Source: an uncultured Clostridia bacterium (GTDB lineage: Bacteria > Bacillota > Clostridia > TANB77 > CAG-508). Taken from it: 64,000 nt of DNA. Of this stretch, positions 1 through 9,281 are shown piece after piece. A program made the translations under genes and the position numbers. Positions within the stretch are counted from its first letter, which is position 1; each line of letters starts with the position of its first letter. Below the pieces are notes generated by a model that worked only from the letters and a program-made list of their open reading frames with translations, ran no database searches and was not told where the DNA came from. The stretch covers positions 92,231-156,230 of the forward strand of contig CANQSV010000002.1 of assembly GCA_947626605.1 (NCBI GenBank), in the 5' to 3' direction.

Positions 1-1
1 A

Positions 2-1813
2 AATATATCAAATGATATTCATATATTAAAAAATATGAATAATTGTTTACAAAAACGTGGTCCTGACGAAGAAGGTTTTTATGTGCAGGAACATATTGGC
101 TTTGGTCATAGGCGACTTATAATTATTGACGCTGAAAATGGAAAACAACCAATGAAAGCTTCTTACTTTAATAATAATTATACTATAGTATATAATGGTC
201 AATTATATAATTCTAAAGAATTAAGAGATGAGTTAATTGAAAAAGGTTTTGAATTTACAGGTTATTGTGATACAGAAGTTTTACTAAAAAGTTTTATTTG
301 TTATGGTACTGAAGTTCTACATAGATTAAATGGTATATTTAGTTTTGCTATATGGAATGAGGAAAAGCAAGAACTATGTTTAGTTCGTGATCATTTTGGA
401 ATAAAACCTTTATACTATACTATTGTAGATAATACTTTAATTTTTGCTTCTGAAGCAAAAGCATTATTTAAGCATCCTAAAGTAAAAATATCACTAGATT
501 CCTCTAGTATTTGTGAATTGTTTGGTCTTGGTCCTTCTCATACTCCTGGAAATGGTATTTTTAAGAATATTTATGAATTAAAACCAGCACATTTTCTTTT
601 ATTTAATAAATATGGTATTCATACAGAACAGTATTGGAAACTTGAAAGCAAACCTCATACTGATGACTTTAATACTACTTGTAATACTGTTCAATATCTA
701 TTGGAAGATAGCATAAAAAAACAATTAGTATCTGATGTTCCTCTATGCTCAATGTTGTCTGGTGGGTTAGATTCAAGTATTATAACAGCATATGCAAGTA
801 ATTATTATTCTTCTAAAGGATTACCACCATTAGAAACTTATTCAGTTGATTATATAGATAATGATAAAAATTTTGTTAAAAGTGATTTTCAACCAAATTC
901 AGATAATTATTATATTGATATAATGAAAAATGAATTTAATACAAATCATCACAAAATTGTTATTGATACTCCAGAACTAGCAGAATATTTGGAAGCTTCA
1001 ATGATTGCTAGAGATTATCCTGGTATGGCAGATATTGATTCATCTATGCTATTATTTTGTAAAAACATAAGAAAAGGAGCTACTGTTGCTTTATCCGGAG
1101 AATGTTCTGATGAGATTTTTGCAGGCTACCCCTGGTTTTTCCGCGAAGATGCTTTAACTAGTAATACTTTTCCATGGTCCATTGCCATCTCTGAAAGGCA
1201 AAATTTACTTAATCCTGAAATTGCAAAAAAAATCAATTTAAAAGAATATATTGACTATCAATATGAGAAAAGCCTCTCAAATGTTGTTATATTAGATTCA
1301 GATTCCCCTGATACTGCAGAAAAGAGGAAAATTTCATATTTGACAATTAATTGGTTTATGCAAACTCTTTTAGATCGTTCAGATAGAATGTCTATGTATA
1401 ATGGTTTAGAATTGAGAGTTCCTTTCTGTGACTATAGATTAGTTCAGTATATGTGGAATATTCCGTGGGATATAAAAGCATTAAATGGTCGTGAAAAAGG
1501 GTTGCTTCGTTATATTGTAAAAGATCTATTGCCTCAAGAAATTGTTGAAAGGAAAAAAAGCCCTTACCCTAAAACACATAATCCGACTTACTTAAGGGCT
1601 GTAAAATACAAACTTCATAAAATTATAGAAAATCCAAATGCACCTATTTATGATTTGCTTAATAAAAACTATATAAAAGAAATTTTAGAAACTGAAGGTA
1701 AAGCATTTGCTAGACCATGGTTTGGTCAACTAATGACTGGACCTCAACTTATGGCTTACCTTTGCCAAGTAAATATGTGGATTGAAAAATATCAGCCTAA
1801 AATTGAGCTATAG
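2..1813 (+). CDS. asnB: Asparagine synthase (glutamine-hydrolysing), 5'-truncated by the window edge
   Basis: The frame stays open from nt 2 up to the listed Met at 35. The obligatory N-terminal Cys2 of the Ntn glutaminase domain is missing, so the gene starts upstream of the window. PP-loop SGGLDSS and an AsnB-like synthetase C-domain are present. Confidence 0.9.
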   Translation, partial: NISNDIHILKNMNNCLQKRGPDEEGFYVQEHIGFGHRRLIIIDAENGKQPMKASYFNNNYTIVYNGQLYNSKELRDELIEKGFEFTGYCDTEVLLKSFICYGTEVLHRLNGIFSFAIWNEEKQELCLVRDHFGIKPLYYTIVDNTLIFASEAKALFKHPKVKISLDSSSICELFGLGPSHTPGNGIFKNIYELKPAHFLLFNKYGIHTEQYWKLESKPHTDDFNTTCNTVQYLLEDSIKKQLVSDVPLCSMLSGGLDSSIITAYASNYYSSKGLPPLETYSVDYIDNDKNFVKSDFQPNSDNYYIDIMKNEFNTNHHKIVIDTPELAEYLEASMIARDYPGMADIDSSMLLFCKNIRKGATVALSGECSDEIFAGYPWFFREDALTSNTFPWSIAISERQNLLNPEIAKKINLKEYIDYQYEKSLSNVVILDSDSPDTAEKRKISYLTINWFMQTLLDRSDRMSMYNGLELRVPFCDYRLVQYMWNIPWDIKALNGREKGLLRYIVKDLLPQEIVERKKSPYPKTHNPTYLRAVKYKLHKIIENPNAPIYDLLNKNYIKEILETEGKAFARPWFGQLMTGPQLMAYLCQVNMWIEKYQPKIEL

Positions 1814-1833
1814 ATTCGTATAATACCAATATA

Positions 1834-1865
1834 AAAGATGTGCATTATTTTAAATGCACATCTTT
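1834..1865. terminator. Bidirectional intrinsic terminator between convergent asnB and the CAP-domain gene
   Basis: Perfect 12-bp stem aaagatgtgcat / atgcacatcttt with A-run and T-run flanks. Confidence 0.8.
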
Positions 1866-1884
1866 ATAATTATTTATTTTATTT

Positions 1885-3135
1885 TTAATCTGTAAATAGT
1901 TGAACCCAATAATATTTTCCATTATATTTGAAAGCTCCTACTCCGATCTTTTTAAAATTTGTGGAAATCATATTTTGATAATGTCCTGATGAATTTCTCC
2001 ACCATTCTGTTGCAGCTTTAGCACTTGCTTGTCCCATTGCTATATTTTCACCTACATACCCATAATTTGCTCCTACTTCACTTAAAACAGTAAAGCAGTT
2101 ACCTTTTCCATCTGGTCTTGTATGTGAAAAATTACCTGAATATGCCATTTCCACAGCTCTCATACAAGCTGCTGTAGATAAAGTTTCGTCTAATTTTAAT
2201 TTTTCAACTCCAGCTTTTTCTCTGTATTTATTAGTATAACTAAAGACTGCATTTATCTGTGTTCTATAACTACTTTTCGCACTTTTCCCTGCTGCAATTA
2301 ATTCTGATGTTGTAAATGTTTTCTTGGTTTGTTCTTTATTTTTCGTTGTGTTAGTTTTTGTGTTTTTGTTTGTATTTGTTGTTTTGTTTGTTGCTGTCGT
2401 ATTTGTTGTTTTATTAGCAGTTTCAGTTTTCTTCTTTTCTTTTACTGTAACAGTAAAAGTTTCTTCTTGCTTATTGCCACTTTTATCAGTTGCAATTACT
2501 TTTATATCATACTTACCTGCTTTTTTATTATCAACTTCGCCTTCAATGGTTACATCTAGTTTTCCATCCACACTATCTTCTGCTGTAATTCCAGCCTTTA
2601 AATCAATTTTATCACCAACAGTAATTGTTTTATCTGAAATTCCAGATATAACTGGTTTTTCACTATCTGCCATTATATTAATCTCAGAATTTTTCTCATT
2701 TATGATTACCGATTCTTCATTTTTATATTCTAATTTAACATCAATTTTATATTTACCTATTTCATTAAATACATATTTTTCACCCTCTTTTATCTCTTTA
2801 TCATTAATTTTGAGAGTTATCTTGGTGTTTTCTTTTATTTCATTAGTATTTACTAATTTAGTAATTAACTCATTATATGACATTTCTTTGCCAACATTAA
2901 AATTTTCTTTGAATGTTAATAAAGCTTTTTCTTGTGATTGCTTGATTTCGTTTTCATAATTATTGTTTTTCTGTTCTACAGTTTTGTTATTGTCACATAT
3001 TAGGATTGTACTAAATATAATAATAGCCAAAATCAATATCAAAACCACTACTATCATCAAATTTTTTTTATTATTACTATTTGCTACCTTCTCTTCTTCT
3101 ACTTTTTCTTCTTTTACATTTTCTTCTTTAGCCAT
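1885..3135 (-). CDS. Membrane-anchored extracellular protein with an Ig-like (DUF5011/HYR-like) domain and a C-terminal CAP/SCP (YkwD-like) domain
   Basis: N-terminal TM segment. Ig-like repeat PVISGISDKTITVGD..DGKLDVTIEG..GKYDIKVIATDKSGN. Thr/Asn/Lys-rich linker. CAP motifs GENIA and SGHYQNM. AGGAGG RBS. Confidence 0.75.
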   Translation of the reverse strand: MAKEENVKEEKVEEEKVANSNNKKNLMIVVVLILILAIIIFSTILICDNNKTVEQKNNNYENEIKQSQEKALLTFKENFNVGKEMSYNELITKLVNTNEIKENTKITLKINDKEIKEGEKYVFNEIGKYKIDVKLEYKNEESVIINEKNSEINIMADSEKPVISGISDKTITVGDKIDLKAGITAEDSVDGKLDVTIEGEVDNKKAGKYDIKVIATDKSGNKQEETFTVTVKEKKKTETANKTTNTTATNKTTNTNKNTKTNTTKNKEQTKKTFTTSELIAAGKSAKSSYRTQINAVFSYTNKYREKAGVEKLKLDETLSTAACMRAVEMAYSGNFSHTRPDGKGNCFTVLSEVGANYGYVGENIAMGQASAKAATEWWRNSSGHYQNMISTNFKKIGVGAFKYNGKYYWVQLFTD

Positions 3136-3270
3136 TTTTACCTCCTAAAATTCTTTTTTGTAACTTTTATAATTATATTAGTCACTAATTTATGTTTTTA
3201 TTCATTTATTATAATTTACTTGCATATTCATTTTATCATAAGTATCTATAATGTCAAATATTTCATTTTC

Positions 3271-3285
3271 CTACAATATAAAAAA
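3271..3285 (-). repeat. Terminator-associated motif copy 1 (read on minus strand: TTTTTT-ATATTGTAG)
   Basis: ctacaatataaaaaa lies directly next to the long hairpin at 3286-3338. Confidence 0.6.
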
Positions 3286-3338
3286 GCGGAACTAAGATTT
3301 TCTAACAAATGCAAATTCTAAGAAAATCTAAGTTCCGC
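3286..3338 (-). terminator. Long hairpin, a second terminator-like module downstream of glgP
   Basis: 17-bp stem gcggaactaagattttc / gaaaatctaagttccgc with 1 mismatch and a 19-nt loop. It is followed on the minus strand by T6 and then ATATTGTAGG. Confidence 0.6.
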
Positions 3339-3350
3339 TATAATTATCTT

Positions 3351-3399
3351 GTACAGAAAATTCTCCTACTAGGAGAATTTTCCTACAATATAAAAAAAA
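3351..3399 (-). repeat. 49-bp intergenic repeat, copy A (hairpin module + TACAATATAAAAAA)
   Basis: About 90% identical to 24136-24183. Contains the palindrome aaaattctcct-act-aggagaatttt. Confidence 0.75.
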
Positions 3400-3415
3400 G
3401 CGGAATAATTCCCGC
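3400..3415 (-). terminator. glgP intrinsic terminator
   Basis: Hairpin gcggaataattcccgc immediately after the glgP stop, followed on the minus strand by T8. Confidence 0.75.
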
Positions 3416-3421
3416 TTTTTT

Positions 3422-5995
3422 CTATTGTGTTATCCATTTTATTAAATTCAAATTAGATGATTCTAGTAGCATATCATGTTTTGGCATTACTCTAAATGTA
3501 TATCCGTAATTTCCACCTGTTGTTAATTCAACATCTGCTTTATATTTATATTTTCTGTTTTCTTTATCACTGGCATTGATATCTAATTCCATTGGAATTG
3601 TTTTTTCTAGTCTTACTACACCATTATCTAATATTTTTCCATAATAAACTTGTGCTTCTATATTTTTTACATCTATATTTGGCAATTCAATTTCGCAAGA
3701 AACTCCTATTTTGTTTCCCGCATCTAAAGTTATATTTTCTAAATTGTCACCTTGTTCAATTTTTATCTTATCCCATGAAAGTCCTAATTCTTTTTTCCAA
3801 TGATTAAATTCCATGACATTTTCTAAATCCGAATAGTATTTTTTACTTAGATTACATAGTGGCATATATAAATCTTTAACATAATCTACAACCATCCTAG
3901 CAGTACTAAATCTTCCTCCTGTAGATTTAATAGAATTTTTCATTCTTTTAATCCATTTTATTGGCAAACCTTTTTTGTCTCTATCATAATAATCTGGTAT
4001 TATTTTGTGTTCTAATGTTGTATAAATACTTTCACTATCTGCAATATCTTGTAATTCATAAGAATCATACTCAGCATTAGTTCCTATAGTCCAACCATTT
4101 TCTTGATTATAACCTTCTGCCCACCATCCATCTAGTATACTAAAGTTTATAACACCATTTACAGATGCTTTTTGTCCACTTGTTCCTGAAGCTTCCATTG
4201 GTCTTCTTGGTGTATTTAGCCAAACATCTACTCCACTCACAAGATATCTAGCTATTGCTATATTATAATTTTCTAGTATGAAAATTTTGCCTTTAAATTG
4301 TGGCATATTTGATATTTCATTAATGTATTTTATTAGATTTTGTCCTTCAACATCAGCTGGATGTGCTTTCCCTGCAAATATTAATTGAACTGGTCTATCT
4401 TGATTATTTAATATTTGCATTATTCTTTCTAAGTCTCTAAATATAAGGGTTGCTCGTTTGTATGTTGCAAATCTTCTAGCAAATCCTATTGTTAAAGCAT
4501 TTGGATTTAATTTAGAAGTTATTTCATTAATTTCATCATATCCTACTCCAGAATTTCTTAGTCTTGTTGTTACATTTTCTTTTACTACAGCCATAAGTTT
4601 TTGTTTCCTCTTGTTGTGTTCTTCCCATAATTCTTGATCAGGAATTGTATCTATTTTCTCCCATGTTGAATCTAAGTGAATGCTATCTTGCCAATATGGA
4701 TTTAAATATTTATTATATAGTTCCTTCATATTTGTTGGTAGCCATGAACAAGTGTGTATACCATTTGTTACATATGTTATTGGGGATTCATCTGCTGCTA
4801 TATTTGGCCACACATCTCCAAATAACTCTCTTGAAACAGCACCATGTAGTCTACTAACTCCATTTTTCTTTCCCGCAACCTTTAAGGCAAGGATTCCCAT
4901 ATTGAAACCATTTTCTAGCCCCTTTGTACTTTTCATTCCAAGTCTTAAAAATTCATCTCTATCTATTCCCAATTTTGGCCAATAATCTTTAAAATATCTT
5001 TCTACTAAGTCAATTGGGAAAATATCATTACCTGCTGGAACTGGAGTATGAGTTGTAAATACAGTTTTAGATGATACTATATCTCTAGCTATATCAAAAG
5101 AAACTTTTTTATCAGCAATAATATCTTTAATAGCTTCTAAAATTAGGAAAGAAGAATGTCCTTCATTCATATGATATAAAGAAACGTTTAAACCTAAAAC
5201 TTTTAGAAGTCGTGCACCAGCCATTCCAAGTACAATTTCCTGTCTTATTCTCATATCTTGGTCTCCACCATAAAGTTTTAATGTTGTTTCTCTATACTCT
5301 TGTTCTATATTTTCTGGTATATCTGAGTCTAACAAATATAGTTTTATTCTTCCTACATTTATTTGCCAAACTTTTAAGAATAGTCTTCTTTTTGGTAATT
5401 TTATATGAATTATTAAATCTGCACCTGTTCTATCCTTAACAGGTAAAATTGGTAAGTTATCCAAATCTATATTTTTATATTCAGTATACTGTTCTCCATT
5501 GCTATTTATTCTCTGGTTAAAATATCCATGCTTATATAATAAACCCACCGCTACAAAAGGAAGTCCTAAGTCACTAGCAGATTTTAAATGATCTCCTGAT
5601 AAAATACCTAATCCTCCAGAATAAATCGGAATAATCTCATCTAGACCATATTCAGCTGAAAAATATGCAATTAAATCATTTTTATTATTAGGATAATTTT
5701 TAGAAAACCAAGTATTTTTACTATTCATATAGTCATCAAAGTTTTTTACAATATTTTCATATTCTCTAATAAAATCGGCATTCTGTGCTGCTTCTTCTAA
5801 TTTATCTTGTGAAACAGATTTTAAAAACTTAACTGGATTTTTATCAGTAGTTTCCCATAAATCTACATCAATTTTTTTAAATAATTTTAAGAAATCAGAA
5901 TTCCAAGACCACCAAACATTATTAGAAATTTCTGTGAGACGATTAATTTTTTTAGGTAATTGTGGATTAACAGTTATTTTATTAAAAACGTACAT
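3422..5995 (-). CDS. glgP: Alpha-glucan (glycogen/maltodextrin) phosphorylase, GT35 'alpha-glucan family' type
   Basis: 857 aa. Motifs GGLGILSGDHLKSASDLG and the PLP-lysine region EASGTSGQKA. AGGAGG RBS. Confidence 0.9.
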   Translation of the reverse strand: MYVFNKITVNPQLPKKINRLTEISNNVWWSWNSDFLKLFKKIDVDLWETTDKNPVKFLKSVSQDKLEEAAQNADFIREYENIVKNFDDYMNSKNTWFSKNYPNNKNDLIAYFSAEYGLDEIIPIYSGGLGILSGDHLKSASDLGLPFVAVGLLYKHGYFNQRINSNGEQYTEYKNIDLDNLPILPVKDRTGADLIIHIKLPKRRLFLKVWQINVGRIKLYLLDSDIPENIEQEYRETTLKLYGGDQDMRIRQEIVLGMAGARLLKVLGLNVSLYHMNEGHSSFLILEAIKDIIADKKVSFDIARDIVSSKTVFTTHTPVPAGNDIFPIDLVERYFKDYWPKLGIDRDEFLRLGMKSTKGLENGFNMGILALKVAGKKNGVSRLHGAVSRELFGDVWPNIAADESPITYVTNGIHTCSWLPTNMKELYNKYLNPYWQDSIHLDSTWEKIDTIPDQELWEEHNKRKQKLMAVVKENVTTRLRNSGVGYDEINEITSKLNPNALTIGFARRFATYKRATLIFRDLERIMQILNNQDRPVQLIFAGKAHPADVEGQNLIKYINEISNMPQFKGKIFILENYNIAIARYLVSGVDVWLNTPRRPMEASGTSGQKASVNGVINFSILDGWWAEGYNQENGWTIGTNAEYDSYELQDIADSESIYTTLEHKIIPDYYDRDKKGLPIKWIKRMKNSIKSTGGRFSTARMVVDYVKDLYMPLCNLSKKYYSDLENVMEFNHWKKELGLSWDKIKIEQGDNLENITLDAGNKIGVSCEIELPNIDVKNIEAQVYYGKILDNGVVRLEKTIPMELDINASDKENRKYKYKADVELTTGGNYGYTFRVMPKHDMLLESSNLNLIKWITQ

Positions 5996-6134
5996 ATATA
6001 TTTCCTCCTATGTAACTCAAAAATTTTATCTTCACGTATATTTTTTCACTACTTTATTATCTATTAAAAGTATGAAAAAGTCAAATATTTTCAGTACGAT
6101 TTTATAAAATTTTATATGCTTTTTTCAATAACTA

Positions 6135-8282
6135 TTATATTCCTGTTTTAGGCAATTTATTCTTTTGAGGAGTTTCTTTATTATATACAACTGTTTTCCA
6201 TTTATCATGTTCTTCAATTTTTTCATCAAAATATGTTGCAGTTAAATATGTATTGTTTGTAAATTCATACCCACTTTCCAAATCTTTTAATACCTGACAA
6301 TAAATTTTAGGATTAATTTCTTCTTTGAATCCCGGATTAACTGTTCCAAATCTTAATTCATATTCTGTAATATACTCATTTTTTGATAATTTTATTTCAT
6401 TCATATTAAAATTATAATTATTCTTTGAATTTAATTTATCTTTATAAAGAACATATTTATTATTTAGATTTGTTTTATACCAAATTGAATATTCGACTTC
6501 ATCTTTCCATGTTCCTGTTGAAATCTCATTAATTCTAACAGCATCAGTTGGAAGTACATCTCTCCATGTAAAATTATCAACTGCAACATTTGATTTATTT
6601 TCTAAGTTATCAAACTCATACTCTATCATTTTTCCTGATTCAGTCTCTTTTGTTCCTGATTTTTCAATTTTTAGTTCAACTTCAGATGATTCATTTTCAA
6701 AAATAACTGTATATTTTTTCTGATTTTCATTTATAAATATTGTTTGAGGCTCAGTATTAAGATTATAGAATTTTGGACTTTCTATTTCATATATTTTGTA
6801 TTCTCCATATGGTAAATCTTTGGATAATATCAAGCCTTCTGAATTTGTAGTATATGTTCCTATTAGCTTTCCATTTGCATCCTCTATTTTATACTTTGCA
6901 CCTTCTAAAGGCTTTCCATCTTCTATGTTTAAAAACTTATTATATCCTTTTGATTTTTTTAATATTTCAATTTTTCCTTTTATCAAATCATTTTCTATAT
7001 TTATTTTTATATCTTTTGGTTCAATACCTACATCAACCGAAAACTCGTATGTTTTATCTGATAGAACATACCCTGTTGGAGCTGTATTTTCTATAGCTAA
7101 ATAATCTCCTGCTTTTTCTATATTTAGAGATATTTCTCCTTTTGAATTACTCTTTTCAGTTGTTAATATATATGTGTCTTCATTTAAAATATATTTACCA
7201 TTACTATCTTTTTGTTTACTATATATTTTAAAGTCTACTCCTTCTAATGGAACTTTTGTATTAGAATCTAATTTATGTATTTTAATTTTATTGTTTACTG
7301 TTGTAAAACCAGTTGTCTTTACTTTTGTTACCTGTTGGGTTTTATCCGTAAATATTACATAATTTTGCTTATTTCCTTTGTTACTATTGGCATACACTGC
7401 AGTTGGTAATTTTGCTGTAGCAGATTCTATTTTTATTTTGCCTTTTATTGTTTTAGGAGTTGAAATCTCACTTTTTTCAATAGAAACTTTAAATTCCTTA
7501 TTTGTAACTTTTGATTTTTCTTTGATATTATTATTTTTCATATCAAATATCTTAGCAGTATTCCATAATTCTGAAACATCTATTTTATAATAATCTAATT
7601 TTACATTTGATTCTACTTCATATTTTTTAGAATAATATGCTTTTCCATTTATTTTTTCTTCTATCCAATCGCTTTTTTCTTTTAAATCAATTGATAAATA
7701 ATCTTGTTTATATTCTTTTTTTATTGCTGAATTATATAAACTTTCTGCTGTGTTTAAAACAGCTTTTCCTCTTGATTTTATTTCTTCTAAAGTTTTTGGC
7801 GTATATCCTTTCAAAACCCTATCTCCCACTTGATATTTCTTTTTTGGACTTACCTTCTCAGAATAGCAATGCATTGCTGTTTGAACTGCTAGATAGTAAT
7901 CTTTTTCGTTTTTCAAGTTCCATGATGTATATTTCTTATTATTGAAAATATATAATATTGTGTATATACCATTATCATTGCACACATCTATAGTCGTATC
8001 ATAACTTCCTAGTTCGCCCACTCCATCCTTAGATGGTTCTACACAAATTGCTGGGACTTTCTTTCCAGTATCTTCATCTGAGTAGTATATATAGTATCCC
8101 ACTTTATAACTCCAGTCTGATATTGATTCTTTATAAAATTGCAATAAACAGTCTAGCATACCATTACTTTTTAATTTAATTTTCTCATTTTTTTCTAGTC
8201 CTGCAAAAGAACATATATTAATTTGAATGATATTAACTAATATCATTAATATTATTAGTATTTTTTTTAGTTTAACTTTCAT
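6135..8282 (-). CDS. Secreted adhesin with an N-terminal thioester-like domain and SpaA/Cna-B-type fold repeats; ends in LPKTGI with no membrane-spanning tail
   Basis: Signal peptide. ICVEP and VQTAMH resemble the Cys/Gln thioester-domain motifs. Two prealbumin-like repeats (PLEGVDFKIY.., PLEGAKYKIED..). C-terminus is ...NKLPKTGI followed by two stop codons. Confidence 0.7.
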   Translation of the reverse strand: MKVKLKKILIILMILVNIIQINICSFAGLEKNEKIKLKSNGMLDCLLQFYKESISDWSYKVGYYIYYSDEDTGKKVPAICVEPSKDGVGELGSYDTTIDVCNDNGIYTILYIFNNKKYTSWNLKNEKDYYLAVQTAMHCYSEKVSPKKKYQVGDRVLKGYTPKTLEEIKSRGKAVLNTAESLYNSAIKKEYKQDYLSIDLKEKSDWIEEKINGKAYYSKKYEVESNVKLDYYKIDVSELWNTAKIFDMKNNNIKEKSKVTNKEFKVSIEKSEISTPKTIKGKIKIESATAKLPTAVYANSNKGNKQNYVIFTDKTQQVTKVKTTGFTTVNNKIKIHKLDSNTKVPLEGVDFKIYSKQKDSNGKYILNEDTYILTTEKSNSKGEISLNIEKAGDYLAIENTAPTGYVLSDKTYEFSVDVGIEPKDIKINIENDLIKGKIEILKKSKGYNKFLNIEDGKPLEGAKYKIEDANGKLIGTYTTNSEGLILSKDLPYGEYKIYEIESPKFYNLNTEPQTIFINENQKKYTVIFENESSEVELKIEKSGTKETESGKMIEYEFDNLENKSNVAVDNFTWRDVLPTDAVRINEISTGTWKDEVEYSIWYKTNLNNKYVLYKDKLNSKNNYNFNMNEIKLSKNEYITEYELRFGTVNPGFKEEINPKIYCQVLKDLESGYEFTNNTYLTATYFDEKIEEHDKWKTVVYNKETPQKNKLPKTGI

Positions 8283-8356
8283 TTTTACATCTCCTATTTA
8301 TATTTTATACTGTTTTTTACTAACAATTATTGTTAGTATCCCTTTTCATTTGTTCT

Positions 8357-8971
8357 TTATATTTTTTCTTTTCCTTGGACACATAATCTGCTATTTGGTT
8401 TTCCAGATATGCATGTTAGTAAAGTAATTCTATTATCCTTAGTTTCTGACAAATATGACCAATCTTCATCTGAAATCTCTTTAATTATTTCGACTGAATA
8501 AGTTTTAGAATCGTATTTTGTTTTGTAATATATTTCACTTCCAACTTTTATATTTTTTAAATTTTTAAACTCATCACCCTTCTCACCAGAATTATGGCTA
8601 GCTAAACCCACATTTCCATTGCAAATGCTTGTATTAGTAAAATGTCCTATTCCTATATTTAAAATATCCAATTCTGTTCCTTCATATATATTTTTTTCGT
8701 TTATTTCAATATCTGGAATAGATAATGTACCAATAACTTTTGCTACAGATCTTTTTGTTTCTTTTGGTTTATTCGTATTATTGTTCTTTTGAGTATTATT
8801 ATTTTTCTTAGTATTAATATTATTTTGTATAAATGTATTTTCATTATTTTTTGTTTTTTCATTTTTATCTTTGCTATTAATATTTTCTATTAAATTACTT
8901 CCCTGAGAATTTTTAATTCCAGATATAATTTTTGTATATGAAACATTTTGAACAATAAGTATACTCGCCAA
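8357..8971 (-). CDS. Sortase (TLLTC active site); the listed start is a TTG inside the signal-anchor segment and the probable true ATG at 9066 is out of frame
   Basis: Catalytic motif ITLLTC plus a conserved His region (IGHFTNT). The upstream in-frame peptide ..KITLIIIIWVL has no canonical start. See finding. Confidence 0.75.
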   Translation of the reverse strand: MASILIVQNVSYTKIISGIKNSQGSNLIENINSKDKNEKTKNNENTFIQNNINTKKNNNTQKNNNTNKPKETKRSVAKVIGTLSIPDIEINEKNIYEGTELDILNIGIGHFTNTSICNGNVGLASHNSGEKGDEFKNLKNIKVGSEIYYKTKYDSKTYSVEIIKEISDEDWSYLSETKDNRITLLTCISGKPNSRLCVQGKEKI

Positions 8972-9249
8972 AACCCAAATTATAATTATTAAGGTTATTT
9001 TTACAAGATTATCTTTTGCTTCATTTTTTGATTTATCTTTAGTTTGTTCTTCTACTTTTTTAGCATAATTATCTCACCACTCTTCTTTTCTTGTTTAATT
9101 AATTATTGGAAATTGTTTTTTGAAATTAATTTTTTAGAATTAAATTTATTTCGAAATAAAAAATAGTATAAAAAATTTTATGTATTACTTTATATATTGA
9201 TTTTAATAATTTGTCAAGAAAAATCATATGCCAAAATTCGACAAAAAAA

Positions 9250-9272
9250 CTCCCAGCATTGCTTGCTGGGAG
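9250..9272 (-). terminator. rny intrinsic terminator
   Basis: Stem ctcccagc / gctgggag, followed on the minus strand by T7. Confidence 0.8.
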
Positions 9273-9281
9273 TTTAATTTT

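Noticed and set aside
2324-2959. Long antisense ORFs listed inside real genes. Examples are 2324-2959, 15859-16509, 29050-29532, 31708-32154, 47426-47845, 56401-56871, 62373-62810, 46824-47219 and 29619-29921.
   Set aside because: They lie opposite well-supported genes, lack an RBS, and translate to Phe/Leu/Ile/Ser-rich low-complexity strings. That is the expected mirror image of Lys/Asn/Glu-rich coding DNA in an AT-rich genome.
3309-3509. A 66-aa plus-strand ORF in the glgP downstream region.
   Set aside because: It runs through two terminator hairpins and the repeat module and into the glgP 3' end, and it has no RBS.
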